Source: an uncultured Actinomycetota bacterium (GTDB lineage Bacteria > Actinomycetota > Acidimicrobiia > Spongiisociales > UBA5794). Taken from it: DNA of 64,000 nt. The DNA is taken from contig CAVQRN010000005.1 in the NCBI GenBank assembly GCA_963715255.1, positions 9,880 to 73,879 on the forward strand, given 5' to 3'. The notes below the pieces were generated by a model, which was not told the DNA's origin, made no database searches, and was given only the letters and a program-made list of their open reading frames with translations. Below, in pieces: positions 19,066 to 27,393 of the stretch. The position numbers were made by a program, and so were the translations under genes. How positions within the stretch are numbered: position 1 is the stretch's first letter; each line of letters begins with the position of its first letter.

Positions 19066-20167
19066 TCACGACCTCCGTTCGGTTACCGTGATCCCGACGG
19101 GCTGAAGGGCCCTGATGAGTGCGTCGCCGTTGATCGCGCGCTGCATCGTGTGCACTCCCGTCTTCTCGATATGACCTCGGGTGACGAGGTCGATGAGCGC
19201 GGTGGCGGGGAACGCCGTAGTGCGGGCGAGCGCCGAGAACCGGCCGTCGTGAACGTCCTCGATCTCCATGGTCCTGGTGGTCTCGTCCGTCTCGACCCAG
19301 ACGCGAACGAGAACGAGATCGTCATCTCCCCTAAGGAGTGTTCGGTCGAGTGCTGCCAGCAGGACGGATCGCGGCGATGGATCACCGGTCTCGTCAAAGA
19401 GGCCCATCTCACGTATCGCGGCGAAGATGCGTCCGTGACCCGGAAACCGGAGGGTCTTGTACTCGAGATGATCGACCCTTCCTTCGTAATCTCGACACAT
19501 GGTTGACGTGCCACCGGCGGTCGAGAACGCTTCAAGCGGCCCCCGGCCCTCCCACTCGACGGTCTCGAACCGGGTCAGCGGATCGACGGTTCGATACGAG
19601 CCGTCTTCGACGATCTCACATGGTTCCGCATACTCGTTGATCAGGCCGGCGGGACTGAACGCCAATTGATATCCGAGTGTGCCGATCGGCTCCGAGGGCA
19701 GAGCGCCCACCCGCATCTGGACCGAGCGGAACGCGCCCCGGCGTCGTGGCGATGAGGTGTTCGGCCATCGCATTCGCGAGACCCGGAGCAAGACCGCAGT
19801 CGGGTGCGACGAGGACTCCGGCGTCGAAAGCTGCGTCGTTGAGTTCGTGTTGTTGGGCCACGACGGTCGGATTGCCTCCGAAATCCGCGTAGTGGGCGCC
19901 GGCTCGAATCGCAGCACCGGCGACCGCAACGCCGAAACGGTACGGAACCGCCGAGACCACGGCATCGAACCCGTCGACGAGGGTGGAGAGTTGCTCCCCA
20001 TTGCTCACGTCGAGGCGGGTTGGCGATGCCCCGAATGAGGCGGCCACCTCGTCGGCCACTCCCGGGTCGGCGTCGGCGATCGTGACCGCGTGACCTCTTC
20101 GAACGAGGTCCCAGACCGCGGCCGAGCCGACGATCCCTGCGCCGAGTACCAGTGTGTTCGGAGTCAT
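19066..20167 (-). CDS. saccharopine dehydrogenase family protein; reading frame broken near 19733-19742
   Basis: Rossmann motif LVLGAGIVGSAAVWDL is in ORF 19616..20167. The C-terminal half (MRVGALPSEP..GLINEY..RFPGHG) is in ORF 19066..20001. The frames meet at a CCCC run (19736-19739). Confidence 0.75.
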
Positions 20168-20188
20168 GTCACTCTCCTTCTGTTCTTT

Positions 20189-20941
20189 CTATGGGACGAT
20201 TCGTTTGAAGATCTCCGCCCGGTCGGTGCCGAATCGGGAGGCACCGAAGCGGAGCCAGCCGTCAACGCGTTCGACGAACCGATCTCGGGCCTCACCCATC
20301 TGTGCCGCGTTTCCCATCGTTGTCTCCGACTGCGATGCATGGCACAGGAGGGCATCGACCTTGGCATCGAAGGCTCGATCATCCAGCGGTTCGGCGTGGT
20401 CCGGCTCGTCCGCCGACCAGAGAAGAATCGTGGAAGGACGGTGCGGCTCGAGTCCCTGGGTCGGGTAGAAGAGCGGCTCGCGAGCGGCAACGACGGCATC
20501 GACGGTGAGGAGGCCCGCCGCGCGGTGGTCCGGATGGAGTTGGTAGCGCTGCCACGGATCGTGGGTTAGCACCACGTCGGGTCGATGCAGTCGGATCAGT
20601 CGCGCAATCTCCTCGCGCAGTTCAGGCGTGTGTTGGAGTTCGCCGTCGGTCTGATCGAGCCACTCAATACGCGCTGCGCCGAGGATTGCCGCCGCCTTCC
20701 GCTGTTCTCGTCGCCGTTCCTCGACGAGGGCGGATCGATCAATCGCCGGGTCCCACGACCCTTTCGAGCCGTCGGTCACGACGACGATCGTCGCCACCGT
20801 CCCGCCCGCCGTCCAATTGAAGACCGTTGCGCCGGCACCGAACTCCACATCGTCGGGATGCGCCCCGATGGCCATGATGCGTTCCGGTCTGGGCAACGGC
20901 GGGGGAGGGTTGGTGGGCTGGTCGTAGAGGGCGGGGGGCAT
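20189..20941 (-). CDS. PIG-L (LmbE) family deacetylase
   Basis: AIGAHPDDVEFGAGAT ... VVTDGSKGS ... HPDHRAAG. Confidence 0.8.
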   Translation of the reverse strand: MPPALYDQPTNPPPPLPRPERIMAIGAHPDDVEFGAGATVFNWTAGGTVATIVVVTDGSKGSWDPAIDRSALVEERRREQRKAAAILGAARIEWLDQTDGELQHTPELREEIARLIRLHRPDVVLTHDPWQRYQLHPDHRAAGLLTVDAVVAAREPLFYPTQGLEPHRPSTILLWSADEPDHAEPLDDRAFDAKVDALLCHASQSETTMGNAAQMGEARDRFVERVDGWLRFGASRFGTDRAEIFKRIVP

Positions 20942-20952
20942 GGGCAGAGAAT

Positions 20953-20992
20953 AGGAGGAGCGGAGGAGCCGAGTAGCCGAGTGACGGAGTCT
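20953..20992. repeat. short degenerate copy of the 8-nt repeat family (5 units)
   Basis: AGGAGGAG CGGAGGAG CCGAGTAG CCGAGTGA CGGAGTCT. It lies between the PIG-L start (20941) and the cofC stop (20994). Confidence 0.6.
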
Positions 20993-20993
20993 C

Positions 20994-21569
20994 CTAGCCG
21001 GGGATGTGGCCGAGTTGTTGCAGGGCGTTCAGGTCCCAGGGGCGGTCGAGGTCGAGGGCTAGGCCTGGTCTGATGAGGATCGTCGCGTCTCCGCGGACGG
21101 CGGCGAGGTGGCGGCGGAAACTCCCGGGGCCGTATCGGAAGGGGAAGTCTCGTCCCGTACCGCCGATCAATGAGGTTCCTCCGTCGTGGGATGGGGCGAG
21201 GACCCATCCACTTCCGACCGATCGCATCGCTGCCCGCACGTCGCCCGCGTCGATGGCGGGGAGGTCGGCATGGATGACCAACCAGGGATCATCTCCGACC
21301 TCAGCCACACCCGCCGCCGCTGCGGCGTCGAGGCCGTGCGGTGCGGACTCGGCGATACATTCCACGCCTGAGGCGAGCGCCCATCGGTCGACCTCCGCAT
21401 CGGCGGTGATCACCGAGACTCGAGTGTTCGCGTCGCGAGCAGCCCGAATCGTGCGGCCGGCCAGATCGCGAGCAAACCTCCTGCGATCCTCTGATCCGAG
21501 TCGACCGGAGAGGCGCGTCATCCCGTCGAACGAGCGGATCGGGATGAGCGCTCTGAACGCGTTCTCCAT
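20994..21569 (-). CDS. cofC: 2-phospho-L-lactate guanylyltransferase (F420 biosynthesis)
   Basis: ALIPIRSFDGMTRL ... VITADAEV ... PHGLDAA ... VIHADLPA ... APSHDGGTSL ... RYGPGSF is the CofC/FbiD layout. ATG 21569 overlaps the permease stop (TGATG). Confidence 0.7.
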   Translation of the reverse strand: MENAFRALIPIRSFDGMTRLSGRLGSEDRRRFARDLAGRTIRAARDANTRVSVITADAEVDRWALASGVECIAESAPHGLDAAAAAGVAEVGDDPWLVIHADLPAIDAGDVRAAMRSVGSGWVLAPSHDGGTSLIGGTGRDFPFRYGPGSFRRHLAAVRGDATILIRPGLALDLDRPWDLNALQQLGHIPG

Positions 21570-22369
21570 CAATATCCGGGTGTGGAGATGCGCTTCTCGT
21601 ACCAGCGGAGGAGGAGGCTCAGCGAGATGGTCAGCGTCAGGTAGAACGCGGTGAGGATCAGGTACCCCTCCATGAATCGGAACGAACTCCCCGTCCAGAG
21701 CTTCGTCATCTGGGTGAGCTCACGAACCGCGATCACCGAGACGAGGGACGAGTCCTTGAGGAGAGCGATGAGATCGTTGCCGAGCGCGGGCATGATGTTC
21801 TTGACCGCCTGGGGGAGGACGATGAACCGCAGGATGTGCCGCTTTGAGAGACCAACCGACATTCCGGCCTCGCGCTGACCGCTCGGGATCGACTCGATGC
21901 CGGCGCGAAACACCTCGGCGATGAACGCGGCGTAGATGATCCCGAGAGCAAGGGTGCCTCGAATCGCCTTGCTCGGCGCGTCGATACCGAGTTCCTGAGA
22001 CAGCTGGCCGAAACCCACGATCGAGACGAAGAGGATCGTGACGAGAACCGGGACGCCGCGGATGAATTCGATGTAGTACATCGCGAGGTTCTTGATGACT
22101 GTCTTCTTCGACAGCCGGGCAAGCCCGAGAAACAACCCGAGGACGATGGCGATCACGAATCCGCCGACCGTCACGATGAGCGTCAAGGCCATCCCGCCAC
22201 GGATGAATTCGAATCCCTCGCGCCACTTCGGTTTGGTCGCGATCTGGAACGCAATCACCGCAATCGTGGCGATGATCCCGATCAGCCACCACGGGACGCC
22301 GCTGAAGGACCAGCGGCTTGCTGCGCCGGGCGGCAACGGATCGAGAACGGGATCTTCGATGATCTGCAC
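21569..22369 (-). CDS. amino acid ABC transporter permease
   Basis: The polar-amino-acid permease EAA-type region is present (YYIEFIRGVPVLVTILF ... GQREAGMSVGLSKRHILRFIVLPQAVKN). GTG 22369 lies 6 nt after GAGGAG; ATG 22429 is also possible. Confidence 0.85.
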   Translation of the reverse strand: MQIIEDPVLDPLPPGAASRWSFSGVPWWLIGIIATIAVIAFQIATKPKWREGFEFIRGGMALTLIVTVGGFVIAIVLGLFLGLARLSKKTVIKNLAMYYIEFIRGVPVLVTILFVSIVGFGQLSQELGIDAPSKAIRGTLALGIIYAAFIAEVFRAGIESIPSGQREAGMSVGLSKRHILRFIVLPQAVKNIMPALGNDLIALLKDSSLVSVIAVRELTQMTKLWTGSSFRFMEGYLILTAFYLTLTISLSLLLRWYEKRISTPGY

Positions 22370-22483
22370 GGGCGTCTCCTCTGCGTGATTCGGTGCGGAG
22401 GTTGGCACAAAGAAGCGTCGAACGCACATACAGAAACGCCGGACCCGCAGGTCCGGCGTTTCAGATCAACCAACTGGTTCGGA

Positions 22484-23269
22484 TCAGTATTCGAAGTCGA
22501 CGAACCACTTCTGGGCGAGTTCGTCGAGTGTGCCGTCTTCCTGCATCTCTTTGAGGACCGCGTTGATCGGCTCAATGAGGTCGCTATCCAGAGGGAAGAT
22601 GAATCCGAGCGGATCGCTCTGCAAGGCATCAGGCAGCAGACGGACGTCGCCCTCATTGGCGCCCTTGTATCCCTGGCCGGCCGTGTCGTCGATAATGACC
22701 GCGTCGACGTCACCGTTGATCAACGCCTGAACGGCGACACCGAATTGGTCGTACGCGTCGATCCTGGCGTCACCGCCGAGAAGGCTGACGCCGAGTTCGT
22801 AGTTGGTCGTGCCGACCTGCGTACCGAGGCGGTAGTCGCCCTCGACGAATTGGTCCAAGCTGCCGAACCGTGACTCGTCGAATCTGACCATGAGCTTCTG
22901 CTCGATCACCATGTACGGATCGGAGAAGGCAACGACTTCCTTCCGCTCCTCGGTGATCGAGATTCCGTCCGCGGCCGTGTCGTACTGACCCTGACCGGTC
23001 TCGACGATCACATCGGGCCATCCAGCTTCGACAAACTCGGCCGTGCAGTTGAGTCGCTTGCAGATCTCGTTCCACGCGTCGTAGTCCCAGCCCTGACCAG
23101 TGGTGGTGCCCTCTTCAATGAAGTTGTAGGGCACGTAGGCGTTCTCGACCGCAACCGTGACGGTTCGACCGTCGAGATCACCGGCCGAGGAGTCGCTCGA
23201 CGAACACGCCGCGGCGATGAGCATCACCGCAAGCGCCAACAGCACTACCTTCGTGAACTTTCGCATCAT
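22484..23269 (-). CDS. amino acid ABC transporter substrate-binding lipoprotein
   Basis: Lipobox LIAAACSSS, and a family-3 solute-binding layout ([12 protein letters not shown] ... [17 protein letters not shown]). Confidence 0.85.
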   Translation of the reverse strand: MMRKFTKVVLLALAVMLIAAACSSSDSSAGDLDGRTVTVAVENAYVPYNFIEEGTTTGQGWDYDAWNEICKRLNCTAEFVEAGWPDVIVETGQGQYDTAADGISITEERKEVVAFSDPYMVIEQKLMVRFDESRFGSLDQFVEGDYRLGTQVGTTNYELGVSLLGGDARIDAYDQFGVAVQALINGDVDAVIIDDTAGQGYKGANEGDVRLLPDALQSDPLGFIFPLDSDLIEPINAVLKEMQEDGTLDELAQKWFVDFEY

Positions 23270-23368
23270 TCCTCCTCAACATCCCTGTGTCGGGATGACG
23301 CAGTCAGGCTACTCCTAATCCCCTCCGCGTGTCACTTCCCGCCCGGTCGTAGCCGTTAGGGTGACCGG

Positions 23369-24799
23369 ATGAAGAGGAAGACGAAGATCGTCGCGACGCT
23401 CGGACCGGCTATTGATTCGCTCGACGGCGTACGCGAGCTGATCGGGGCAGGACTCGACGTCGCGCGGTTCAATTTCTCACACGGCACCGTGAAAGAACAC
23501 ATCCGGCGGCACGAATGGGTGCGCACCGCGGCGGATGAGGCGGGGGTCTCGGTCGCGACGATGCAGGACATCCAGGGTCCCAAGATTCGGGTCGGGACGT
23601 TCCCCGGTGGTTCGGTCATACTCGAGCAAGGAGCAGAGGTCGCCCTCCAACCCGGTGAGGGCGAAGGAGGAGCATCGACGATATGCGTTGCATATCTCGA
23701 GTACGTTGATCTGGAGCCCGGCTCTCCAGTGCTCCTCGCCGATGGGATGATCCGCCTCGAAGTGGTCTCGGTGGCCGGGGGCGCGGCTCGCGCCCGGGTC
23801 GTCGGTGGCGGCAAGCTCCTCAATCACAAGGGAGCGGCCTTTCCCGGCAGTGATACCGGTGTGCCGGTCATCACGGACAAGGACGTGGAGGATCTAGCGA
23901 TCGGCAGGGAGATCGGGTTTGATCTCATCGCCGCGTCGTTCGTCTCGTCGGGAGAGGACATTCGCGAGATTCGCAAGCACGTCGGGAACACGCCGATCAT
24001 CGCCAAGATCGAGTCAACGGTCGGGTACCGCAACCTCGACGACATCCTCACCGAGGCAGATGGCGCGATGGTGGCTCGCGGCGATCTTGGAGTCGAGTTG
24101 AACCTGGAGAGCGTGCCCCGTGCTCAGCACGAGATACTTGAACGGACGAACAGGGCAGGGAAACTCACGATCACGGCCACCGAGATGCTCGAATCCATGA
24201 TCACGAACCCCCGTCCCACCAGGGCCGAGGTGGCCGACGTGTACCGATCGGTGCTCGACGGCACCGATGCGGTCATGCTCTCAGCCGAGACCGCGATCGG
24301 TGCGTATCCAATCGAGGCCGTTCGGATGATGGATGTGATCAGTCGGGAGGCCGAACAGAGTCCGGAGTTCGTTACCACGCCGTACGCGGCGATGCACCAC
24401 GATCGATCACCGTTCGCATCCGCTGTGGCACAGGCCGCGGTGGAGACGGCGAACCGACTCGCTGTCGACACCATCGTCGCCTTCACCGAGGCCGGGACGA
24501 CGGCGCGGCTCCTTTCGAAACAGCGGCCGTGGGCCGACGTCTACGCCTTCACTCCCCACGAGGCGACCTATCGTCTGATGGCGCTCTTCGGCTGCATCAC
24601 GCCGCTTCGCACACCGATCCACCGGTCAACCGACGCGATGCTCACGTTCGCAGAGGAGTACCTGCTGGAACACGGAATCGCCACCACCGGTGACACGACC
24701 GTGATGGTCGCGGGAATCCCCCCGAATCTCCAGGCCTCAACGAATCTGATGAAGGTTCATCGCGTGGGGAGCGCGACCGGGGGAGTACCGAGACACTGA
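23369..24799 (+). CDS. pyk: pyruvate kinase
   Basis: MKRKTKIVATLGPA ... ARFNFSHGT ... IIAKIES ... MVARGDLGVE. Full length, 476 aa. Confidence 0.95.
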   Translation: MKRKTKIVATLGPAIDSLDGVRELIGAGLDVARFNFSHGTVKEHIRRHEWVRTAADEAGVSVATMQDIQGPKIRVGTFPGGSVILEQGAEVALQPGEGEGGASTICVAYLEYVDLEPGSPVLLADGMIRLEVVSVAGGAARARVVGGGKLLNHKGAAFPGSDTGVPVITDKDVEDLAIGREIGFDLIAASFVSSGEDIREIRKHVGNTPIIAKIESTVGYRNLDDILTEADGAMVARGDLGVELNLESVPRAQHEILERTNRAGKLTITATEMLESMITNPRPTRAEVADVYRSVLDGTDAVMLSAETAIGAYPIEAVRMMDVISREAEQSPEFVTTPYAAMHHDRSPFASAVAQAAVETANRLAVDTIVAFTEAGTTARLLSKQRPWADVYAFTPHEATYRLMALFGCITPLRTPIHRSTDAMLTFAEEYLLEHGIATTGDTTVMVAGIPPNLQASTNLMKVHRVGSATGGVPRH

Positions 24800-24860
24800 G
24801 AGAGCCGATTCGGTGATCGCGGGATGCCGTGAGGAGCGGAGTGGGGGTGGTTGCGCCGGT

Positions 24861-24898
24861 CGGCTGGCTTCGTTCGGCTGCTCGGCTACTCATTCGGC
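24861..24898. repeat. degenerate trace of the 8-nt repeat family
   Basis: CGGCTGGCTTCGTTCGG CTGCTCGG CTACTCAT TCGGCC. It lies between pyk and the next gene. Confidence 0.35.
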
Positions 24899-24940
24899 CA
24901 TCGGTTCTACACTTCGCGACCCCGACGCCAGGAGCGGAGC

Positions 24941-25237
24941 ATGGGCCAGCCTATTGAGGAACTCGACCGGACCACGGTTGATGAGGTCGCGATCTTCACC
25001 CTCGATCGCAACGTGACGAGCATGGCAACGCGGTCGTTCGACGAGGCTCCGGCCGGCCCGAATGTCGACGACTTCGCCGCGATCCTGGCAGCCAAGATCT
25101 TCGAGATTGATCCGGCGATCAATCGGGTATACGCGGCGGCGAACGTCGTTCAGGTGACCCGCCGGCGAGGATGGGACGACGCTTCAGGAAGCGCCGTCGG
25201 GGTGGTGATCGGCGACCTCTTCCGCTTCTACGGCTGA
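24941..25237 (+). CDS. NifU/Nfu N-terminal-domain-like small protein
   Basis: ATG 24941 lies 6 nt after AGGAG. FAAILAAKIFEIDPAINRVYAAANVVQVTRRRGWDD..VGVVIGDLF matches the Nfu_N pattern recalled from memory. Confidence 0.45.
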   Translation: MGQPIEELDRTTVDEVAIFTLDRNVTSMATRSFDEAPAGPNVDDFAAILAAKIFEIDPAINRVYAAANVVQVTRRRGWDDASGSAVGVVIGDLFRFYG

Positions 25238-25272
25238 GTCCGGCACTCGGTATTCGGACCGAGCCAGCCGCG

Positions 25273-27312
25273 TCAGGGGGCTGCTGTGGTCGTCGTCGAC
25301 GGGACGGTCGTGGTTGGGGGAGCGGTGTAGACACCGACCTTGAGGGTGACCGACGCTCCGGGTCGCACGAAGGTGCCGCCTGACGGGTCCATCGACAGCA
25401 CGACACCGTTCTTCGACTGGCTGTCGGTCTTCTCGTCGACTCTGATGATCGTATAGCCGGCTGTTGCCAGCTGATCCAAAGCGGCTTCGTACGACTTGCC
25501 GACGACCGAAGGAAGTTCCGCGGGACAGTTGACGGGTTCCCCGGTAACCATGCAGGCGTGCACGGCGATCTTCTCGTCCTGGATGTTGTAGCGCCAACTC
25601 CAGGTCTTCTCACGTTCCTTTGTGCCATCAGAGTGGGTGATAATCCGGGTGACGGTTTGTGTGAAGCCGTCGATGCCGCTCTGGACCCGCTTCTCTTGGC
25701 CGGGGTTGAGTGGTGTTTCCCCGTCGACAGGTTCGTCCGCGACGTAGACGGTCTCGTACTCCTCCGGATTGGTGCGCTCACCCCATTCGGCGGTGCAGGT
25801 CTTCCCTCCGTTGTTGCCGAAGAAGTACACCGTGAGTTCGGAATCCGAATACCGGGTTCTGATGATGACCGGAGCATCGCTGTTGTTCCTGAACTTCACG
25901 TCGGGGCTGGGGTACCCCATCGTCGCTTCGATCACTTCCGGGTACTTCTTGAAATAGAGGGAGTGCGGCTTGTGCTCGACGTCTTCGTAGCAGCCGTAGA
26001 ACACGGCGTTGTAGAACGTGGTCGAGAACTGGGAGACGCCGCCGCCGATATTGGCCGCATGGCCTTCGCAGAGGACTTCGCCGTTGATGATGGCGCAGTC
26101 CTCGAGGTAGCCCTTCTCCACGGTCCGCGGACCCACGACTTCGTTGATCGAGAAGGTTTGCCCCGGGAACACCACATACTCGTCGACGGTGTCGGCCATG
26201 AGGTGGATGTTGTGGACACGGTTCACCCCCGGCGTGTCGGTCGTGAACTTCGAGACGAGAGCCATCGGCCCGTATGCCGCGGCTTCCTCGTTGGTGAGCG
26301 TCGGTTCGTCTCCTTGCGAGACCGGGAACGGCCCGGTCTTGGATCCTTCCGCGGCTCTCATCAGCTCCTCGGTGACGGCGGGCGCGTTCATCGTCGTCCC
26401 GTAGCGACCGGGGATGAAGTAGACCTCGCCGCTCGAGAGCGTCGCTTTGAATTCGGCGCTCACCGGTGCCAACTCGAACTCGCTTCGGTGCGGTTCGAGG
26501 AGATCACGGACCACGGCCTCGTCGAGCAGAACTGCAACCTCGACCGGATTCGTGCTGATCTCGGTGTAGACGGCTCGGGCGATCTCATCTGCCGTGAACG
26601 TCTGCGAGTATTCGATGTCGTCGTTGGTGAGGATCACGTTCGCGTTGATGATCCGACGAACCCGAACAGCGGCGGCGTCGACATGAGAGTCGGTCACCTC
26701 CGGCTGGTGATCGACAACGGGGAGGCGGGCTTCCCGGCCCGGGAGTACCGAGAGTGTCTCGACCACGATCTCCGTTGAGGCCGACTTCTCGAGCCGCTCT
26801 CCGGCTCGCGGGTATTCGACGACGACCTCCATCTCAACGACGTCCACGGATCCCTCGTAGGCCGGATTGGGGATAGCGGCGTCCTGCCAGATAGTGAGCT
26901 GGTCGTCGATCGCTTCGCGGTCCATGGTGATCGGGAGGTGCACGTCGACGGGCTTCGAGAATCCGCCGAGCCAGGCCCAGAACCGGCTGATCGGGCCACC
27001 CTCGGTGCGTTGCGAAATCGCCTCTTCGACGGCGGTCACCTCATCGGCCTCGACCGAAACAGACGAAGGCTCGAGTCGGAACGGGTGCTCGTTGACGATG
27101 AATACGGCCGGTGTGGTCTGGAGTTGCCGTTCGTAGGCCTGGATAGTGAGCATCGCATCGTCGTAGCTGAGGCCGCTGACGTCAATGCCGGCGATCGAGA
27201 CGTTTCGCGGCACCTCTCCCTCGGCAATGGAGCGATCGACCCAGAACACCCCGGCCGGGAGGAGGAACAGGGCGATCGGGAGGAGCGCGAAGAGAGCGAA
27301 TCGTGGTTTCAC
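25273..27312 (-). CDS. VanW family protein with G5-like and C-terminal PASTA domains
   Basis: N-terminal TM segment. VanW core: VNRVHNIHLMADTVDEYVVFPGQTFSINEVVGPRT..GGGVSQFSTTFYNAVF. G5-like: GQEKRVQSGIDGFTQTVTRII. PASTA-like: LPSVVGKSYEAALDQLATAGYTIIRV..VTLKVG. Confidence 0.8.
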   Translation of the reverse strand: MKPRFALFALLPIALFLLPAGVFWVDRSIAEGEVPRNVSIAGIDVSGLSYDDAMLTIQAYERQLQTTPAVFIVNEHPFRLEPSSVSVEADEVTAVEEAISQRTEGGPISRFWAWLGGFSKPVDVHLPITMDREAIDDQLTIWQDAAIPNPAYEGSVDVVEMEVVVEYPRAGERLEKSASTEIVVETLSVLPGREARLPVVDHQPEVTDSHVDAAAVRVRRIINANVILTNDDIEYSQTFTADEIARAVYTEISTNPVEVAVLLDEAVVRDLLEPHRSEFELAPVSAEFKATLSSGEVYFIPGRYGTTMNAPAVTEELMRAAEGSKTGPFPVSQGDEPTLTNEEAAAYGPMALVSKFTTDTPGVNRVHNIHLMADTVDEYVVFPGQTFSINEVVGPRTVEKGYLEDCAIINGEVLCEGHAANIGGGVSQFSTTFYNAVFYGCYEDVEHKPHSLYFKKYPEVIEATMGYPSPDVKFRNNSDAPVIIRTRYSDSELTVYFFGNNGGKTCTAEWGERTNPEEYETVYVADEPVDGETPLNPGQEKRVQSGIDGFTQTVTRIITHSDGTKEREKTWSWRYNIQDEKIAVHACMVTGEPVNCPAELPSVVGKSYEAALDQLATAGYTIIRVDEKTDSQSKNGVVLSMDPSGGTFVRPGASVTLKVGVYTAPPTTTVPSTTTTAAP

Positions 27313-27393
27313 AATGGGTTTTGGTCCGGATTCATGGGCTTCGATTGAGGGTACCGGTGCGGCCCGATAACACGCGTCGGGCGGCCCATTGCC

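Noticed and set aside
21569-23269. Defense or mobile island signatures anywhere in the window (restriction-modification, toxin-antitoxin, Abi, retron, CBASS and similar).
   Set aside because: None of the ORFs shows the corresponding hallmark domains. The nucleases present are AdnAB/RecB-type repair proteins in a conserved-looking operon. The listed span (the ABC binding-protein/permease operon) only anchors this window-wide negative observation.
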